Positions 21,076 through 36,199 of a DNA stretch of 64,000 bases are shown here, in pieces. The notes beneath the pieces were generated by a model, which saw only the letters and a list, made by a program, of their open reading frames with translations, made no database searches and had not been told where the DNA came from. The stretch is from Antedon mediterranea (lineage: Eukaryota > Animalia > Echinodermata). The position numbers and the translations under genes are program-made. The first letter of the stretch is position 1. Each line of letters begins with the position of its first letter. The DNA lies in the NCBI RefSeq assembly GCF_964355755.1, contig NC_092673.1, positions 18,473,648 through 18,537,647 of the forward strand, written 5' to 3'.

Positions 21076-24000
21076 TTAGGAAAGCTCATTAATATTCATG
21101 AGATATTACAAAACACGTCATCAGTGGATTCCAAACTCGCGACGTCATGTACGTTGTGTTTGTCGACTAATTTACATCTCTCTCCCCTGTCAAACGACGA
21201 CCACCCGATCATTGTGAAATACATTTTTTGTAGATTTTCTAAGCTAGAAGGCCTAAAGTGTAATAATAACAGTAGTAGCATATATTTATTTGACATTTAA
21301 TGAAATACAAAATTTAGTACAGATCATAGAGTCATAAATTGTACTATTTTTACCTCTATAGTACAGATCGTATTATCGGCTTCACGTACTAGGCCTAGCC
21401 TAAATCATTTTTTTTTATGGGTGAGAGCCATTCTGACTACCGTAGGGATTCCATGTCATGATGGCTACGTTAAAACATTGGGGCCCGTGGGCCTAGCTAG
21501 CCTACTAGACGATTGGCCCATAAATAACAAAACTCAGTGGATTCCAAACCCATCCTATCAACCAAACTCCTAAACAATCTAAACCTAAAACGTTCTACAA
21601 AATCGGCTGTATGTAAATATTGAGGCAAAACAAGGTCCGATCGCCGTCCGCACGTTATGGTGTCCCGCGATCGTCTAAGTAGGCCTAAAATAGTTTACTC
21701 TCCAAAAAAGCGAATACTGCATCAAGCAAGTTGACCTAGTAGTAGGAAGGAGACCTAGCCGATCCAGCCCAGTTAAAAATTGAGCTAGCTAGTGTAGTAG
21801 ACCCTATGCGAATTGATACTACCAGGCCTTTTACTATAGGCTACACTTGTTAAAATTAGCAATACTATGTTCACCAATATTCCAACTCTCTCATTCGATC
21901 TCTATTATCTATAAGATACCACTCTGGTAGGTCGAGTCGACCTTCAATGAAATACTGTACATCGTTCATGTAGTGATTATAGATGGGGTATACTCGACCC
22001 GACCAGTTTGGTATTGTATACTGTACCTGCTTATCATGTGACGATGTCAGGCATGTGTATCGCTCCTCAGCAGCAGGAATGTACAGTATACGTTACGCTT
22101 CATTGATTTTGAAGGCTTTTCCCTAAGTCAGTGCGAAAATCGGCAAACGTAAACTGAATCTCCAAATGATTTGACACAATTGTGATGAATTTTCATAGAA
22201 AATTGACTTTATAAATGGGAAGACCGACTAAAATTACATCAGATAAGTATAATTTTACAAAAGTAATTGATATGGTTAATGATAACGAGTCGTCGGAAGA
22301 TTGACCATTTCACGAATTTCCTATTCTGTAACCACAGTGTGATTTTGCCGTAGCTGCACTTGTAATCTGGCCTCATTTCACAGCCTTCGTTCTGCTTCAC
22401 TGGGCGCTTATATAAATTGAAACTTTTACCGTTGAAGAGACAAACAAATATATTTTATATAATTTTAAACCGGAACCCCCCATTAATGTTCATGCTCGAC
22501 TCATTATTGAGGAGATCGGGCCTCCAGCCCTTGTAACCAAACATTTTTAAAAACCCATAAAAAAGGTAAAAAAGAATTGACAAGCAGAGATTCGACCCCT
22601 GCAACCCTGCCTCTAGGCCTATACCCTCATCAATACACCACCGATCCATCCAGCTTGTTTGATCGAATCAGGTTTTACTTTATATAATATGAATAGAGAA
22701 CAAATGTATTATGTAAGCATTTTAACCAACCAATCAGAACTGAGTTGACGTTGTTTCTATACTGGTGTCACCACATAACAAACAGGCCTTCCATGGGGTT
22801 TCCCTGATCTCACAGCATTCAAACACAGTGTTGTTGTCTTTCATTTTCAGAAAACACAGTGTTTCATTTTCATGATGTATTAAATAACTACAATGCACTG
22901 TAAAGTTCGATGTGATGTGTAAAAAATGACTAAACTTTTCTATTTAATAATGAAATTTGTTTTAACAATTTGAGAACTTGGAATGCACATAGCAGGGGCG
23001 GATGCAGGATTTTGTGAGAGGTGAGAGGTGGGGTGGGGGCGCAACTGTAGAAAGTCCACACCAACTCAGCCCCACTGTCACACAGCCGCAATTACGGCTC
23101 TTTCGGACATGTAATATCTGGTAACCACCGGTAAACAACGGTAAATAGCCACACCTGTACACATATAAATGTAAAAATAAATTTAATAATAATCTTTGAC
23201 CAACAATTCTTCCTTCTATAATCCAAACCCCCCCTAAAAAAAACCCCACAAAAAAAAACCCCCAAGCAATTCTCAAACAATGATACAGTATCCCTATTCC
23301 CACACAATTTATTAACTTCATATATACCACTTTACTTCCTTTCTGCTTCAACATAACATAACCCTCCTTCTCTGTCTCCTCTCAATTTTCATCTCCCTCT
23401 CAACCTTCCCTCAATTGCACACATACCACCACCTTATCCTTCTCAACCAATCAGCAACTCACACACCAACTCAACTCTTACACCTCTCCTCCAATCAGCA
23501 ACCTCCACACACTCCTTCTCTGCACACAAACACTCTGCTCCACTGGCTTCAAACAATAGTTTCCTAAAACAAAAGAAAGGTTCAAATAATGAAAACAAAA
23601 GGAAAAGTAAGCATGACTTGCACAATAAATGCAAAACTTATGTCACTTGTGACACCCACCATGGTTGGGGCTGAGGTGAGGCGATTTTGAAAATGTAACA
23701 CCTCTATGGCCGGAATAAATGGTACGCTCGCACATAAAATTCATGATAAATGGCACCTCTAATTTGCAGGAAAAGACACTCTTATATGTAGCATGCTACT
23801 TTTTCCCTCCAATAAACACATGTGACTAATTACAGGACGATATAACATTTTGTTGCAAATTTCATTCACTCAGTATTTTGTTTTGATTGTGTTGCGTTTG
23901 TTACATGCAAGGCACAAACAGAAGATAGGCAATACAATGGATAAGTTATATACTCTAGTCTACGTTTTATTCTTCAAACAGAAAAGCAAAAGATAACAAA

Positions 24001-24549
24001 ATCAATTAAAATGATTATCAAAGAAGAAGATGGTGGTAACACACAATCAAAATACATAAAGAAATTCAAGACTTACAAATATAGCTGAGCCCAAGGCTAA
24101 TATAAAGCTTTACTTCAGTTGTTCAAAACAGTCAAACAGACTCCTAGATACTTCAATAGACTTTAACAGCATTTAGTTTAGCTATGTCAGTATTCGTATT
24201 AGGACTGATTAAATATGGTTAATGTACCACTATTTATATTCTTATGCAGGATATGTGGGGTGATCATAATGATCTCATCAAATAACTTAAAGATGATGAA
24301 ATTGGTTTTAAGATGAAATTCAAATGACATCATCATCTTAGTATGAAGTTGTTGTAACAATTTCCTTATATGGAATATGAAACAAGTGTCTCTGACAACT
24401 TGAGTTATGAGCAGTCTCCTACAGGTACAATTACTAACAACCTGGTTACTGAACTTTGGTCTAGTCTACAACCAATATAATATATACAGTACAATACTAT
24501 CGTATGGTAAAGTGATAATAATATAATAGTATAAATGTATCTCCTAACA

Positions 24550-25428
24550 CATGGTTGTAATGCCTGCAAGCCATTCAGCTTCTACAACTCTGTCATGGTT
24601 GTATGCCTACAAACCATTCAGCTTCTGCAATTATGTCATGGTTATATGCCTACAAACCATTCAACTTCTGCAACTATGTCATGATTGTAATGCCTGCAAA
24701 CCATTCAACTTCTGCAACTATGTCATGGTTGTATGCCTGCAAACCATTCAGCTTCTGCAACTATGTATGTCATGGTTGTATGCCTACACACCATTCAGCT
24801 TCTGCAACTATGTCATGGTTGTATGCCTAAAAACCATTCAGCTTCTGCAACTATGTCATGGTTGTAATGCCTGCAAGCCATTCAGCTTCTACAACTATGT
24901 CATGGTTGTAATGCCTGCAAGCCAATCAGCTTCTGCAACTATGTCATGGTTTTATGCTTATAAACCATTCAGCTTCTGCAACTATGTCATGGTTGTATGC
25001 CTACAAACCATTCAGCTTCTGCAACTATTTCATGGTTGTATGCCTACAAACCATTCAGCTTCTTCAACTATGTAATGGTTGTATGCCTACAAACCATTCA
25101 GCTTCTTCAACTATTTCATGGTTGTATGCCTACAAACCATTCAGCTTCTTCAACTATTTCATGGTTGTATGCCTACAAACCATTCAGCTTCTGCAACTAT
25201 GTCATGGTTGTATGCCTACAAACCATTCAGCTTCTGCAACTATTTCATGGTTGTATGCCTACAAACCATTCAGCTTCTTCAACTATTTCATGGTTGTATG
25301 CCTACAAACCATTCAACTTCTGCAACTATTTCATGGTTGTATGCCTACAAACCATTCAGCTTCTGCAACTATTTCATGGTTGTATGCCTACAAACCATTC
25401 AGCTTCTGCAACTATGTCATGATTGTAA
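24550..25428. repeat. Minisatellite, 43-bp unit, ~20 copies
   Basis: CATGGTTGTATGCCTACAAACCATTCAGCTTCTGCAACTATGT in tandem; explains five overlapping ORFs. Confidence 0.95.
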
Positions 25429-25909
25429 TAGTTGTGAAGGTTATTGGTATGTAGGTTTCTTCTTCAGCAGGCCTACTTGTTGGCTCTTGTGAGTTGGTCT
25501 CAATAGAATCGCCCATTTGTCTAAAATAATGCTTATTACTGCCTGGAAACACACAGATGTGCGGCAAACTCAACTTTGTCAAATCGATTGATCGATGATA
25601 GTGATTACAATTTTTTAGTGTAAGAGGCCAATTGCGTCCTTAATGTTCCACTGAAAAATATCCGGAAATGCTATTTCTGCTGGGTTAGGAAAGAACATTT
25701 TCTGAAAAACAATAATAGCGACTACACAACGATCAGATGTTACTGAGCGTATGCAGAGTTTTTTTTTTACTCAATAGTTGCTAATGTTTAAGCAACAAAA
25801 ATAATAAATATTGTATATCAAAATATTTTTAAATTTTTTAAATCATTTGAATCAACATTTTTCTAATAAGAATAAAACTACATGATTCAAATAGTAAACA
25901 GGGAGTGCG

Positions 25910-26007
25910 ATTTTTAGTAGCGTGGACGCGACTTTATAGTTCACTATGTCAGTCGGTCTGTCGGTCTGTCTGTCGGTCTGGTATCACTATGCGTTTTAGC
26001 ACGCGAC
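25910..26007 (+). mobile_element. Short Helentron-associated (HINE/DINE-like) element
   Basis: TTTTTAG...ACGCGACT...(GTCG/GTCT)n microsatellite...CACGCGACT...GGCCTTGTT layout, inserted in a T-run. Confidence 0.6.
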
Positions 26008-29000
26008 TTATGGCTGTTGGCCTTGTTTGTTATGTTACATTGTTAGTTTTTGCCAAATCATTTTATTGGGTTTTCAAACAGCAGAAAGTCACATGATGGT
26101 GTGTGATGGCCTAGTGTATGTTTACTTGAGTTTTATTCACATGTATACAGACTTAAAAATGTTTTTAGACACGTACAATAAATTATCAATTCATCATAAT
26201 ATTCAAAACCATAACAATACCATTTTCTATTAAATAGGCTGTATGCTAGGTTGATTATTATGAAAGTCATGTGACACGCAGAACGCGGTAAAATGTGTGT
26301 TTGTAATTTGCATAACAATAAACATCTTCATTATACAGTTTGCATCCTTGCAATTATTACTACAGTATACCAGAGAGAGTCAAGACATACATAGCCTACT
26401 AGTACTAGGGTAATTTTATGGAGCAGTAATTTTGTTTTAGATTCAGTTGTAGCGTGAGTTATATCTATCATTATTTTATACTACAGTAATTTTATTTAAT
26501 ACAGACTGTTTTCTGTAATCAGAAATAGCCAGTAGATAGCCATTAAACAATGCTATACTGGTTTAGCATAGAATATCAACCAACAGTAAAAAATTTTAGA
26601 AATACAGTATTGTCCAATTAAAACTAAAAAATTGTAAATAATATTCAATTGCATAAATGCAAATATAGTTTATTTTAAAAAGTGAAATAATGGAGCAAAT
26701 TGCAGGCCGTAGTAGGCAGGCGGGTGGGGATTATGGTTTGGATGAACCCCTTTGTCTGCAAACCCTCATTTCACTGCAAACCCCTTCCCCACTAGCCCCC
26801 TATCTGAATTTGAAGTTTTCTCCGCATTTTCTCCTTCTTGGACTACCTAATGCCTGTGGTGCACCCTAACCTTGTGTTGCTCCCTTATGGGCCGGAATTG
26901 TAGTTTTAGTGGTTACATTCATACTTGGACAATGACTATAGTAACTATCTGTTGAAATTTCATGTTTAACTAAATTTGTTTATACCAACCTTTCATTTCA
27001 AAAGAAATACTATAATACAAACTGTGACATTTCTGGTTTATTTAAACATTTTAAGACACTGAAAATTATGTATGTGTGTGTACAAATGTTATAAAAATTA
27101 TAGGATTATTAGGGAATGAGTAAAATTTCCCCTGGATATATAATATGTAAAATTTGCTAACCAAGTATTGATTTTGTGTGTATTGTTCACCATCATGTAA
27201 CATTTGCTTTTGTAACCCATATTAATATTATAATATGTATTGTGCATGTGAGGTTCAACTAAGCTTATACAGAGACAAATAGTAATACAGCTTGTTGTAT
27301 TATAATAGTGAAAACAAAATAATTTATTGAAAAAAATGTTGGTATTAAATGTATATAGGTAAAATGTAATTTAATTTGTTTTATTTCTTTTGTTGACAAT
27401 TCTTTTGTTCTCTCTTATTTTAAACATTGACAACAGTTGCAATTGTTTGTACTGAACATTTTTTCATAATTCATTGTTTTTTTATTATACACAATGGCAC
27501 TGTAAATAGAATGGATACTCATGGTTACCTCCACATGGAGATTTTTTGTACCTCAATGGGATACTGATGTTTATCACCATGTATTTTGCTTTTTGCATAG
27601 CTGAATTATGCAAGGAGTCCAATCCTCTGTTAAATTGTTTTCCCAATTACTGGCTGCTGTTTAGGTGCTGTGATATACTGTTATGAAAACAGCGACATGT
27701 GAATGAACAAGTTTTTTAATAACTTATTTGATTTAATTATATGGCCCAACCTTGCAAATATTCTGGCCAGGATTGTTGAAGCAAATTCAAAATAGAATAT
27801 TTTATTGGTTGATTTAACTTGTACATAAAATAATCAGGCCTTTTTCAATTTGTATTGTTTTTTATATTTTTCTTATCGTGATTATATTGTATATATTTTT
27901 ATTAATTTTGGGAATTGTGAAATGTTTGCACTTCATATTGTTTGTTTATGCTTTATGTCCATAGTGTTTTTTTTTTTGTATCTTAAAGACAACTTTCCTC
28001 TTATTAAAATACTTAAATACTTTTATGCGACAATAGGAAATATTAATATACTGTAGTTGGAAAGTCACACAGAACGGTTTACTTCAGTTTACTTTTTTTT
28101 AAACGTCGGAGCTTCCAGGATCTGGCACTTCAACCTCTAAAGGGCTGCGAAGTGACTTGAGAAATTGAAAGAAATATATCAACGACAATATAGCTTAATT
28201 GAAATTTTCTTATTTTAAAGCAATAGTTAGTTTACAATAATCATTGAAGTCTGATGAATGTAACATTTGTATGTATTCTATATTATATTACTGTGCTATT
28301 CATCCTCGGATCAGGTCCTCTACGGACCTACCGCAGGGTGCAGCCTAGTGCAGTCAATCTGTAAAGTATTTTTGGGGTTGTTTTGTACATTTGTATTCAA
28401 CAATTTCAATTTTCAGCTCACCTCACCCGCTTAATGTATGTATGTATACATAATGTAAACGTACAACCATTGAGGAAAAATTCATCCATGGTACTGTACA
28501 ACAAAAATCGATGTACAGCCTTTTTCATTATTAATCAACACATAATTACTAGATGTAATGTAATATCTTTATTTTTCAAGAATAGTACTGTACGTAGGTG
28601 CTGTATTATAGCTACTGTCAGATCATTTTACAACTCCCTGGTCAGATATTCTACGTGTGGCCATACAGTATAGCTAAATCTGAATTAAGCATTAGTATTA
28701 GTATTTTTGTTTTTATTTACATTTATTCATTGTGCCTTTAAATTTTATTTAGCAACAAAAATAAAAATATAACAGTTTAATTTATTTGAATTGGCATAAA
28801 TTATAACAAAAAACAAACAAAATTAGTGTTTCTATACTCACAATGTATGTGTCTGTCACAAAATATAACTATGAAATTATGAATTTTGTATCTAGTTATA
28901 ACCAATAATAACATTTTATATAGCTTATAGGGCACTCTCCATACGAATGGAGGTTTTAAAAAATGCTTATAAATTAGTATTAATTGACCAAAATTCATAT

Positions 29001-29303
29001 AACCCAATATACATATACCTGCATAACTATATATCAAAATAAAGATAATTTAATAAGATATCATTTGATACTAAATAAAATGAGGTACATTTAAAATTTA
29101 CAACGTTATTAAAACAATAACAGGCGTATCTCTAATTTGACACCAAATGACCTTTGACCTCAAAATTACCCCCTTTCCCCAGCTCAAAATTCATCGAGGA
29201 ATTTTTTGGGATGACTTGGGATGCATTGGAACATGAATCCACTGAAAAACCTTTGTTAATAATTATTTCACAGATTTGCATTTTTTTGACCTAAAATTCC
29301 CTA

Positions 29304-32300
29304 ATACTCTAGTAGCTAGATCAACTTTCGTATGCACTTTGAGGTCCAGAGAATTTGACTTCAGAAATTGGTTTAGGGTGGTCAAACAATCATTATTGGA
29401 TTGGTTACACATTTTGAAAATGTGGCGAAAGGTCAAAAGGTCAGGGCGAAAGGTCATAAGACCAAACACCAATATGTCCTTAAATCTCGACAACCACTGG
29501 TCACAGCGAGGTAATTTTGGTCTCAAATTGATCAGAAGGTATACATTTATATTCAGTCTAATGGGACATTTTAGTTCAAAATGACCGGAAATGCCATTTA
29601 TGACCTTTGACCCACAACCCAGGGCATGTATTTATCTCCGTAACTACTGGTCGTAGACACCTGGATTTGGTTTTAAATTGTTCGAAATATATATTTTGTT
29701 ATTTGTTACACATTTTGAAAAATGTTACAAAGGTCAAAGGGTCAGGGTCAAGGGTTATATAAACAAATAAATAAAGGTACTTGTATCTCGGCAACCACTG
29801 GTCGCAGCAAGTCAATTTTGGTCTCAAAATGTTCAGAAGGCATGCCTTTATATTCCGTCTAATGGGGCATTTTAGTAAAAAATTATCAGAAATGCTATTT
29901 CTGACCTTTGACCCACATACCAGTGCATCTAGTACTGGTCGTAGAAACTTAAATTTGGTATCAAATTGTTCGAAATATACATATTTACATTCATTGTAAT
30001 AGAAAATGTGGTTAAAAGATGAACAGAAAATACTATTACTAATGTTTCAAACAAAAAACATATCTCTACACAGTAATGTTATGCAATAACTGATACCTTA
30101 AATTGTTTCAATTTCAAGTAATAGTTATTGCTGCGAGAACATTTTGATATAAACGTCAAGCTCAACAGTTCTTTTCAGAATGCTAGAAGTAACTTGCCAT
30201 GTGTATCCGATTAAACGCCCCGGATATTTATTGTTCAAAAGGGTTTTTAGGGGGAGGGGAGGCATCTTTAGTTGGGGTATAATAATATGTTATAAACATG
30301 TATAATCAAATAAATACCACCTAGATGTAAAAAAAATACAGCACAATTATTATCAAAAAATGATGTCAAAATGCTTGGTAAATTCTAGATGGTAGTTAAT
30401 GAAATGTGTTGTGATACAATTATTTTGTAAATGCATGTGGCAGAGCGTTTATTCCACATGATGTTCTATTGAAGGGAATGGTGGCGTTTTTTTTAGGGAG
30501 GCTTTTATTCAAAGCGGGTGTTAATTCGAATAAATACTCGAGCTCAACAGTTAAGAATGCTAGAAGTAACTTACCATAGTTACCCGAATAAAAGGCCCGG
30601 GCATTTATTTATTCAGGGAAGGCGTTTATTTTGTTTGGGTGTAATAATGGTAACATGTATAATCAAATAAATACACCCCAGATAACAAAAAAATTAATTA
30701 ATATAATTAATAACTGGATTAAACCTCATTCTATCCTGGTGCAAGTACAATCATGTAATAAAAGGTATCAGAGACAACTATAATAGATCAATTCATTGTC
30801 ATTATTCCGTAACACTGTTGCATAATATTTTTTAATGTTACCGACAAAACTTATACATAATATGTATAAGTGTTGTCGGTGTATATTATACACGTCTGTT
30901 CCCAGTGTAGATAATAAAACAATAATATGTTTCTGGAGATTTATTATCAATACCACTAGAAACTTTGACATGTTTTAGGTACTGAATGCATTGACAATAA
31001 AAGCATCAGAAGTTATCATGATAAAATCAGTACAACACTGTACTACAGTACACAAGGGTGTTTTCAGGAAAGCTGGACATATTGTACAATAGTAATGAAA
31101 CTATGTATTGGCATTTAAAAATATGCAAAAGACTGCGGAAAGATTGTTGTCAAATTGTAGTCACAAACAAACAGATGATAGAATGAAGATCCATTATGAG
31201 TGCAATTGTGTCAGGATAATGATATGTCATTGTTTTATATCATTATACTGTACTGGCACCTAGAGGAGAAGATCCATTTAATGTTATCTATGACAGTGTC
31301 ACTTTTATTCCAAAAGACAGAAACATTTCGTTAAAAAGCATAAAGAAGAAAAAGAATCTTGTAAAGTACAGTACCTTTTATCAGTTGAGAAACGAATTAT
31401 AATTATTAAAATTAGAGTATTTATTCGAATTAACACCCGCTTTGAATAAAAGCCTCCCTCAAATAAACGCCACCATTCCCTCCATCATGTGGAATACGCC
31501 CGCCACATGCATTTACACAATAATTGTATCACAACACATTACATTAACTACCATAATCTACAATTTACCAAGCATTTTTTTCACTTTTTGATATTAATTG
31601 TGCTGTATTTTTTTTTTTACATCTAGGTGGTTTTTAATTGATTATACATATTACCATATTATACCCCAAATATAGATGCCCCCTCCCCCTAAAAACCCCT
31701 TAGAACAATAAATGCCCAGGGCGTTTAATTGGATACACATGACAAGTTACTTCTAGCATTCTGAAAAGAACTGTTGAGCTTGACGTTTCTATCAAAATGT
31801 TCTTGGGGACAGCAATAACTAGTACTTGAAATTAAAACAATTTAAAGTATCAGTTATTGCATAACATTACTGTCTAAGGATAAGTTATGTAGAGATATGT
31901 TTTTTGTTTTAAACATTAGTAATAGTATTTCTGTTCATCTTTTAACCACATTTTCTATTACAATGAATGTAAATATGTATATTTCAAACAATTTGATACC
32001 AAATTTAAAGTTTCTACGACCAGTACTTACATGAAGATGCCATGATATGTGGGTCAAAAGTCAGAAATGGCATTTCTGATAATTTTTGACTAAAATGTCC
32101 CATTAGATTGAATATGAATGCATGCCTTCTGAACATTTTGAAACAAAAATTGACTTGCTGCGACGAGTGGTTGACGAGATACAAGTATCTATTTATATTT
32201 GTTCATATAACCCTTGACCCTGACCTTTTGTAACATTTTTTAAAATGTACAACAAATAACAATGTGTTTATTTCGAACAATTTAAGACCAAATTCAAGTG

Positions 32301-32654
32301 TCTACGGTCAGTAGTTACGGAGATACATACATGCCCTGGGGTGTGGGTCAAAGGTCAGAAATGGTATTTCCGGTCATTTTTGACTAAAATGTCCCATTAG
32401 ACTGAATATGAATGTATACCTTCTGATCAATTTGAGACCAAAATTACCTCGCTGTGACCAGTGGTTGTCGAGATTTAAGGACCTATTGGTGTTTAGTTTG
32501 ATAACCTTTCACCCTGACCTTTTGACCTTTCGCCACATTTTCAAAATGTGTAACCAAGCCAATAATGATTGTTTGACCATCCTAAACCAATTTCTGAAGT
32601 CAAATTCTCTGGACCTCAAAGTGCATACGAAAGTTGATCTAGCTACTAGAGTAT
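29304..32654. repeat. Large inverted repeat / foldback element: ~1.24-kb arms around a ~0.87-kb spacer
   Basis: 29304-30540 is the reverse complement of ~31416-32654 (e.g. TACTCTAGTAGCTAGATCAACTTTCG vs CGAAAGTTGATCTAGCTACTAGAGTA); ORFs 29263-29526(-) and 32408-32656(+) are near-identical. Confidence 0.92.
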
Positions 32655-33291
32655 AACTACAGTCAAAGAATATATATCACAAGAATGAGTATTCCGCGAT
32701 TTTTGCGTGAGAAATTTGTAACAGAGAGCTCCAGTGAGTGATGCCCGCCCTCATAAGGGCGGATGTATATGTTATGCGCGATTTGAACGATTTGCGCAAT
32801 TTGAAATTGCGCAAAAAAAATCCTTGCGCAATTTGAATTGAAACATGTGTTTCAAATTGCGCAAGCAACGTATTAAATTGCGCAAGTAATCTGCAAATTG
32901 CGCAAGGTTTTTCGACAGATTGTGAAATCATGCACACCCATATTTTTATAGTAATTTCTAAGAATGATTCAAAATTAAAGATAAATATCGCATTTCCTTA
33001 TTTTAGTAGTGCAAATATTGTTATAAGTTAGCATACCGACGAAGGAAAACGAAGCGGTGGTGTTCCACCAGGCGGGCGCGGCGCGGGCGGCCGGCTATAC
33101 TACTCTAGCCTAGCTATGGTCTGGACTACTAATACTGACTAGGTTACATGGCCTAGCTTAAACTTAAAAACTTAATTTTTACATTTATTTTGATTTATTT
33201 CAAGTTACAGTGATAATATTATTTAATTGTAATAATAAATGTTATGTATTTATTACACACATCTTCGCATTTATTATGTTAATTTCACCTA

Positions 33292-36044
33292 CTAGATGGC
33301 ACGCTCGCTTCGCTCGCGTACCATCTAGGGGTGCTCACAGATGGTTCTCGAATACAGTAGAATCCACGGACGGGGACTTTTTTGGGACACTAAACAAAAA
33401 CGGAAGTGTCCCCCTAATTGGGGTATTCAGAAATAGAGACAACAAAACCAATACTGGATTCCATAAAGGACAATTAATTTATGTGGATTAAAGAAATTAG
33501 GGAGAAATGGAAATGTATGTACGGGAATTGGGCGACACGTGGTGGTGGTGATGGAACCGCAGTAATAAAGTTGATTGTATTTATATATTATAAGAACCAA
33601 ACTAAATAAATAGACCTAGACATTCTGCGAAATGAAAATCGGAAATGCAAGCTCCGATCCTATTCAGTGAAAAATTAAACTGTAGTCTACTTAAATATTT
33701 AGGGCAAATCATCGGTTGTGGTGTTGAAATTCCTGTAAACATTTGTGTGAACCAAACTGGGTCGAATTTCTGTCATGAGTACTGATTTGTTGGCCTGTGA
33801 TTTATGACGCCTAAGGGATCTATCTAGACTTATTTTTTAGAATAATGTACGTACCTGTCAGATACAATTGTCTTGTGTCGTATAATAAATAAGTACTGTA
33901 ATAGTTACTGAAGTTACTATTACAATCTCGTCAATGAAAACACGAAAATGTATATGCACTTACTTATGAAAACGTATACAGTATTATACTCAGTTATTGA
34001 AACAGTAGGTTTAAAAGTTTCGTTTGTCTGTAAAATGATGTAATCAAGCTGTTTACATGAGTCTTAATTTATAAGCACATCAATAATAAAATAGTTTATC
34101 TATCCTGTAATTGGCGAGATTATGGTCGCTGTTGAATGAAATAAAGCCAATCGGTATCATATTTGTACAGAAACGTTTTCGCGGCCGAAGGGTGTAACCT
34201 AAATTCGTTGTATTATCGTCAAGAACTAACTGTAACTAAACTTACATAGAAAGTAGGGTATCATAAATTTGGCCTTAGCACTCGGGGGAGTGGCTAAGAT
34301 GAAGTCCGTGGGACTACTAAATATAAATTGTAATGAACCTCGAGGGACATAAATAGGAATATTTCATGTTTCATTATCAATGTATAATAAATGGAAACTG
34401 TTTACCGATTCAAATAATAGAAATTGGTTTTTAACATTTTCCGAACCTATTGCAAGTTTATTCTCAAAGGGCCCATATATTTACCTACCGTATGTGTTAA
34501 ACCAAGGGCTCATAACTTTACCTACAGTACTTGTGTTAAACCAAACTCTGGCAGACTGAGAGATTGGGATGTTCCATTCATCGCAAATCAATACATTTGT
34601 ATAATCGTATATTAAATCTATCAAAATAGTATTTTTTAAAGAAAATCGGCCTGTCTTCAACATTATGATGGTGTACTCTAGCAATCTATCAAAATAGTAT
34701 TTTTTAAAGAAAATCGGCCTGTCTTCAACATTATGATGGTGTACTCTAGCTGTTCAACCGGTTTTCAGCTATTAAAAACAATTATCGTAGGAGGAGGATA
34801 TATTAAATCTATCAAAATAGTATTTTTTAAAGAAAATCGGCCTGTCTTCAACATTATGATGGTGTACTCTAGCAATCTATCAAAATAGTATTTTTTAAAG
34901 AAAATCGGCCTGTCTTCAACATTATGATGGTGTACTCTAGCTGTTCAACCGGTTTTCAGCTATTAAAAACAATTATCGTAGGAGGAGATAGGAAAATGCG
35001 AAGCCTCCTCGCTATGTAACATTAGGGTTGAGGGATGGGAAAGCGGATAGGTACAAAGAGGAACAATTTTTAAATATATTCTTTATCCACTGAGTAACGA
35101 AATATTTTGTTCATGTTTTATAGGCCTATAAATAATATACCTCTAAATACAGTAGGCCTAAAACATTTGCGATTTAATACTTTGTTAAAACTGTCACTGT
35201 CATAATCAATTGAAATATTAAAGTACATGTCACGATACACCACTACGACGTTTATATTTTTGGTAATTATTAATTAATACAAACGTTGAGAAGGAACTGT
35301 CAGTATAAAGTTTATTTGTATATCTAACAGTAGAGCCTATCCACAGTCTCAGTAATAAAGTTTATTTGTATATATTTTTATATTACATCTAACAGTACGA
35401 ACATTCACAGTAAGAAATGTTCGATTCAAATGAAAAATAGTTAATAGGTATTTACAGTATTGTCAAAGTATTGCAAGTTTATTCTCAAAGGGCCCATATA
35501 TTTACCTACCGTATGTGTTCAAGGGCTCATAAATTTACCTACAGTACTTGTGTTAAACCAAACTCTGGCAGACTGAGAGATTGGGATGTTCCATTCATCG
35601 CAAATCAATACATTTGTATAATCGTATATTAAATCTATCAAAATAGTATTTTTTAAAGAAAATCGGCCTGTCTTCAACATTATGATGGTGTACTCTAGCT
35701 GTTCAACCGGTTTTCAGCTATTAAAAACAATTATCGTAGGAGGAGATAGAAAAATGCGAAGCCTCCTCGCATTTTTTTGGCGGGTATTTTTCAAGACGGA
35801 CATCCATTAGACAGTGTATACCACGATCGGAAAACACCCCTATTTGGGGCAAATCGTTTAACCTAAATTCGTTTTAATCGTCAATAACTAATTATTTAAC
35901 TCAATTTAATTAGTAAACAGGGTTACATCAGGCGGTTAAAATCAGTACCGAAAGTACGAACCAACTTTACATACCATCGAGTGAAAATTCTAGAAGTAAG
36001 GCGCGATTTACCGAATTTTGCCCTTACGTAAATTTATATATAGA
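33292..36044 (-). mobile_element. Non-autonomous Helitron copy A
   Basis: On the minus strand A|TCTATATATAAAT ... GC-rich hairpin ... CTAG|T; internal tandem duplications at 34610-35010 and 35465-35770; homologous to 45489-54652. Confidence 0.8.
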
Positions 36045-36199
36045 TTCTATGTATGTCACTGTATGTGATATGGATACAGATTATACTATATGAATTTAAA
36101 TAATAAAATTCAGCAATAACAACATATCATATTCTTCAGTTCAGGTCATAATGCCAACGTGAACACTTCCTTTTGTCCTCAACCTATCCCCTTAATGTT

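Noticed and set aside
22445-22660. Possible tRNA-derived SINE on the minus strand (A-box-like TGGTGTATTGA, B-box-like GGTCGAATC)
   Set aside because: Boxes are degenerate and there is no cloverleaf, tail or TSD; cannot be supported without a repeat library
22993-23760. hAT-like end (CAGGGGCGGATGCAG) and internal repeats resembling 3140-3380 and 61860-62110
   Set aside because: No matching second TIR or TSD found; too decayed to delimit
24550-25492. CRISPR-like array or repetitive protein ORFs
   Set aside because: Contiguous 43-bp tandem units with no unique spacers, no cas genes, and a eukaryotic context; unit length is not a multiple of 3
25430-25710. Possible minus-strand exon next to the 43-bp array
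   Set aside because: Stops in all frames and no recognisable domain or partner exons
29311-32647. Polinton/Maverick (long TIRs starting AGTAG)
   Set aside because: No 6-bp TSD, the inverted match extends beyond the AG start, and no polymerase, integrase or capsid ORFs
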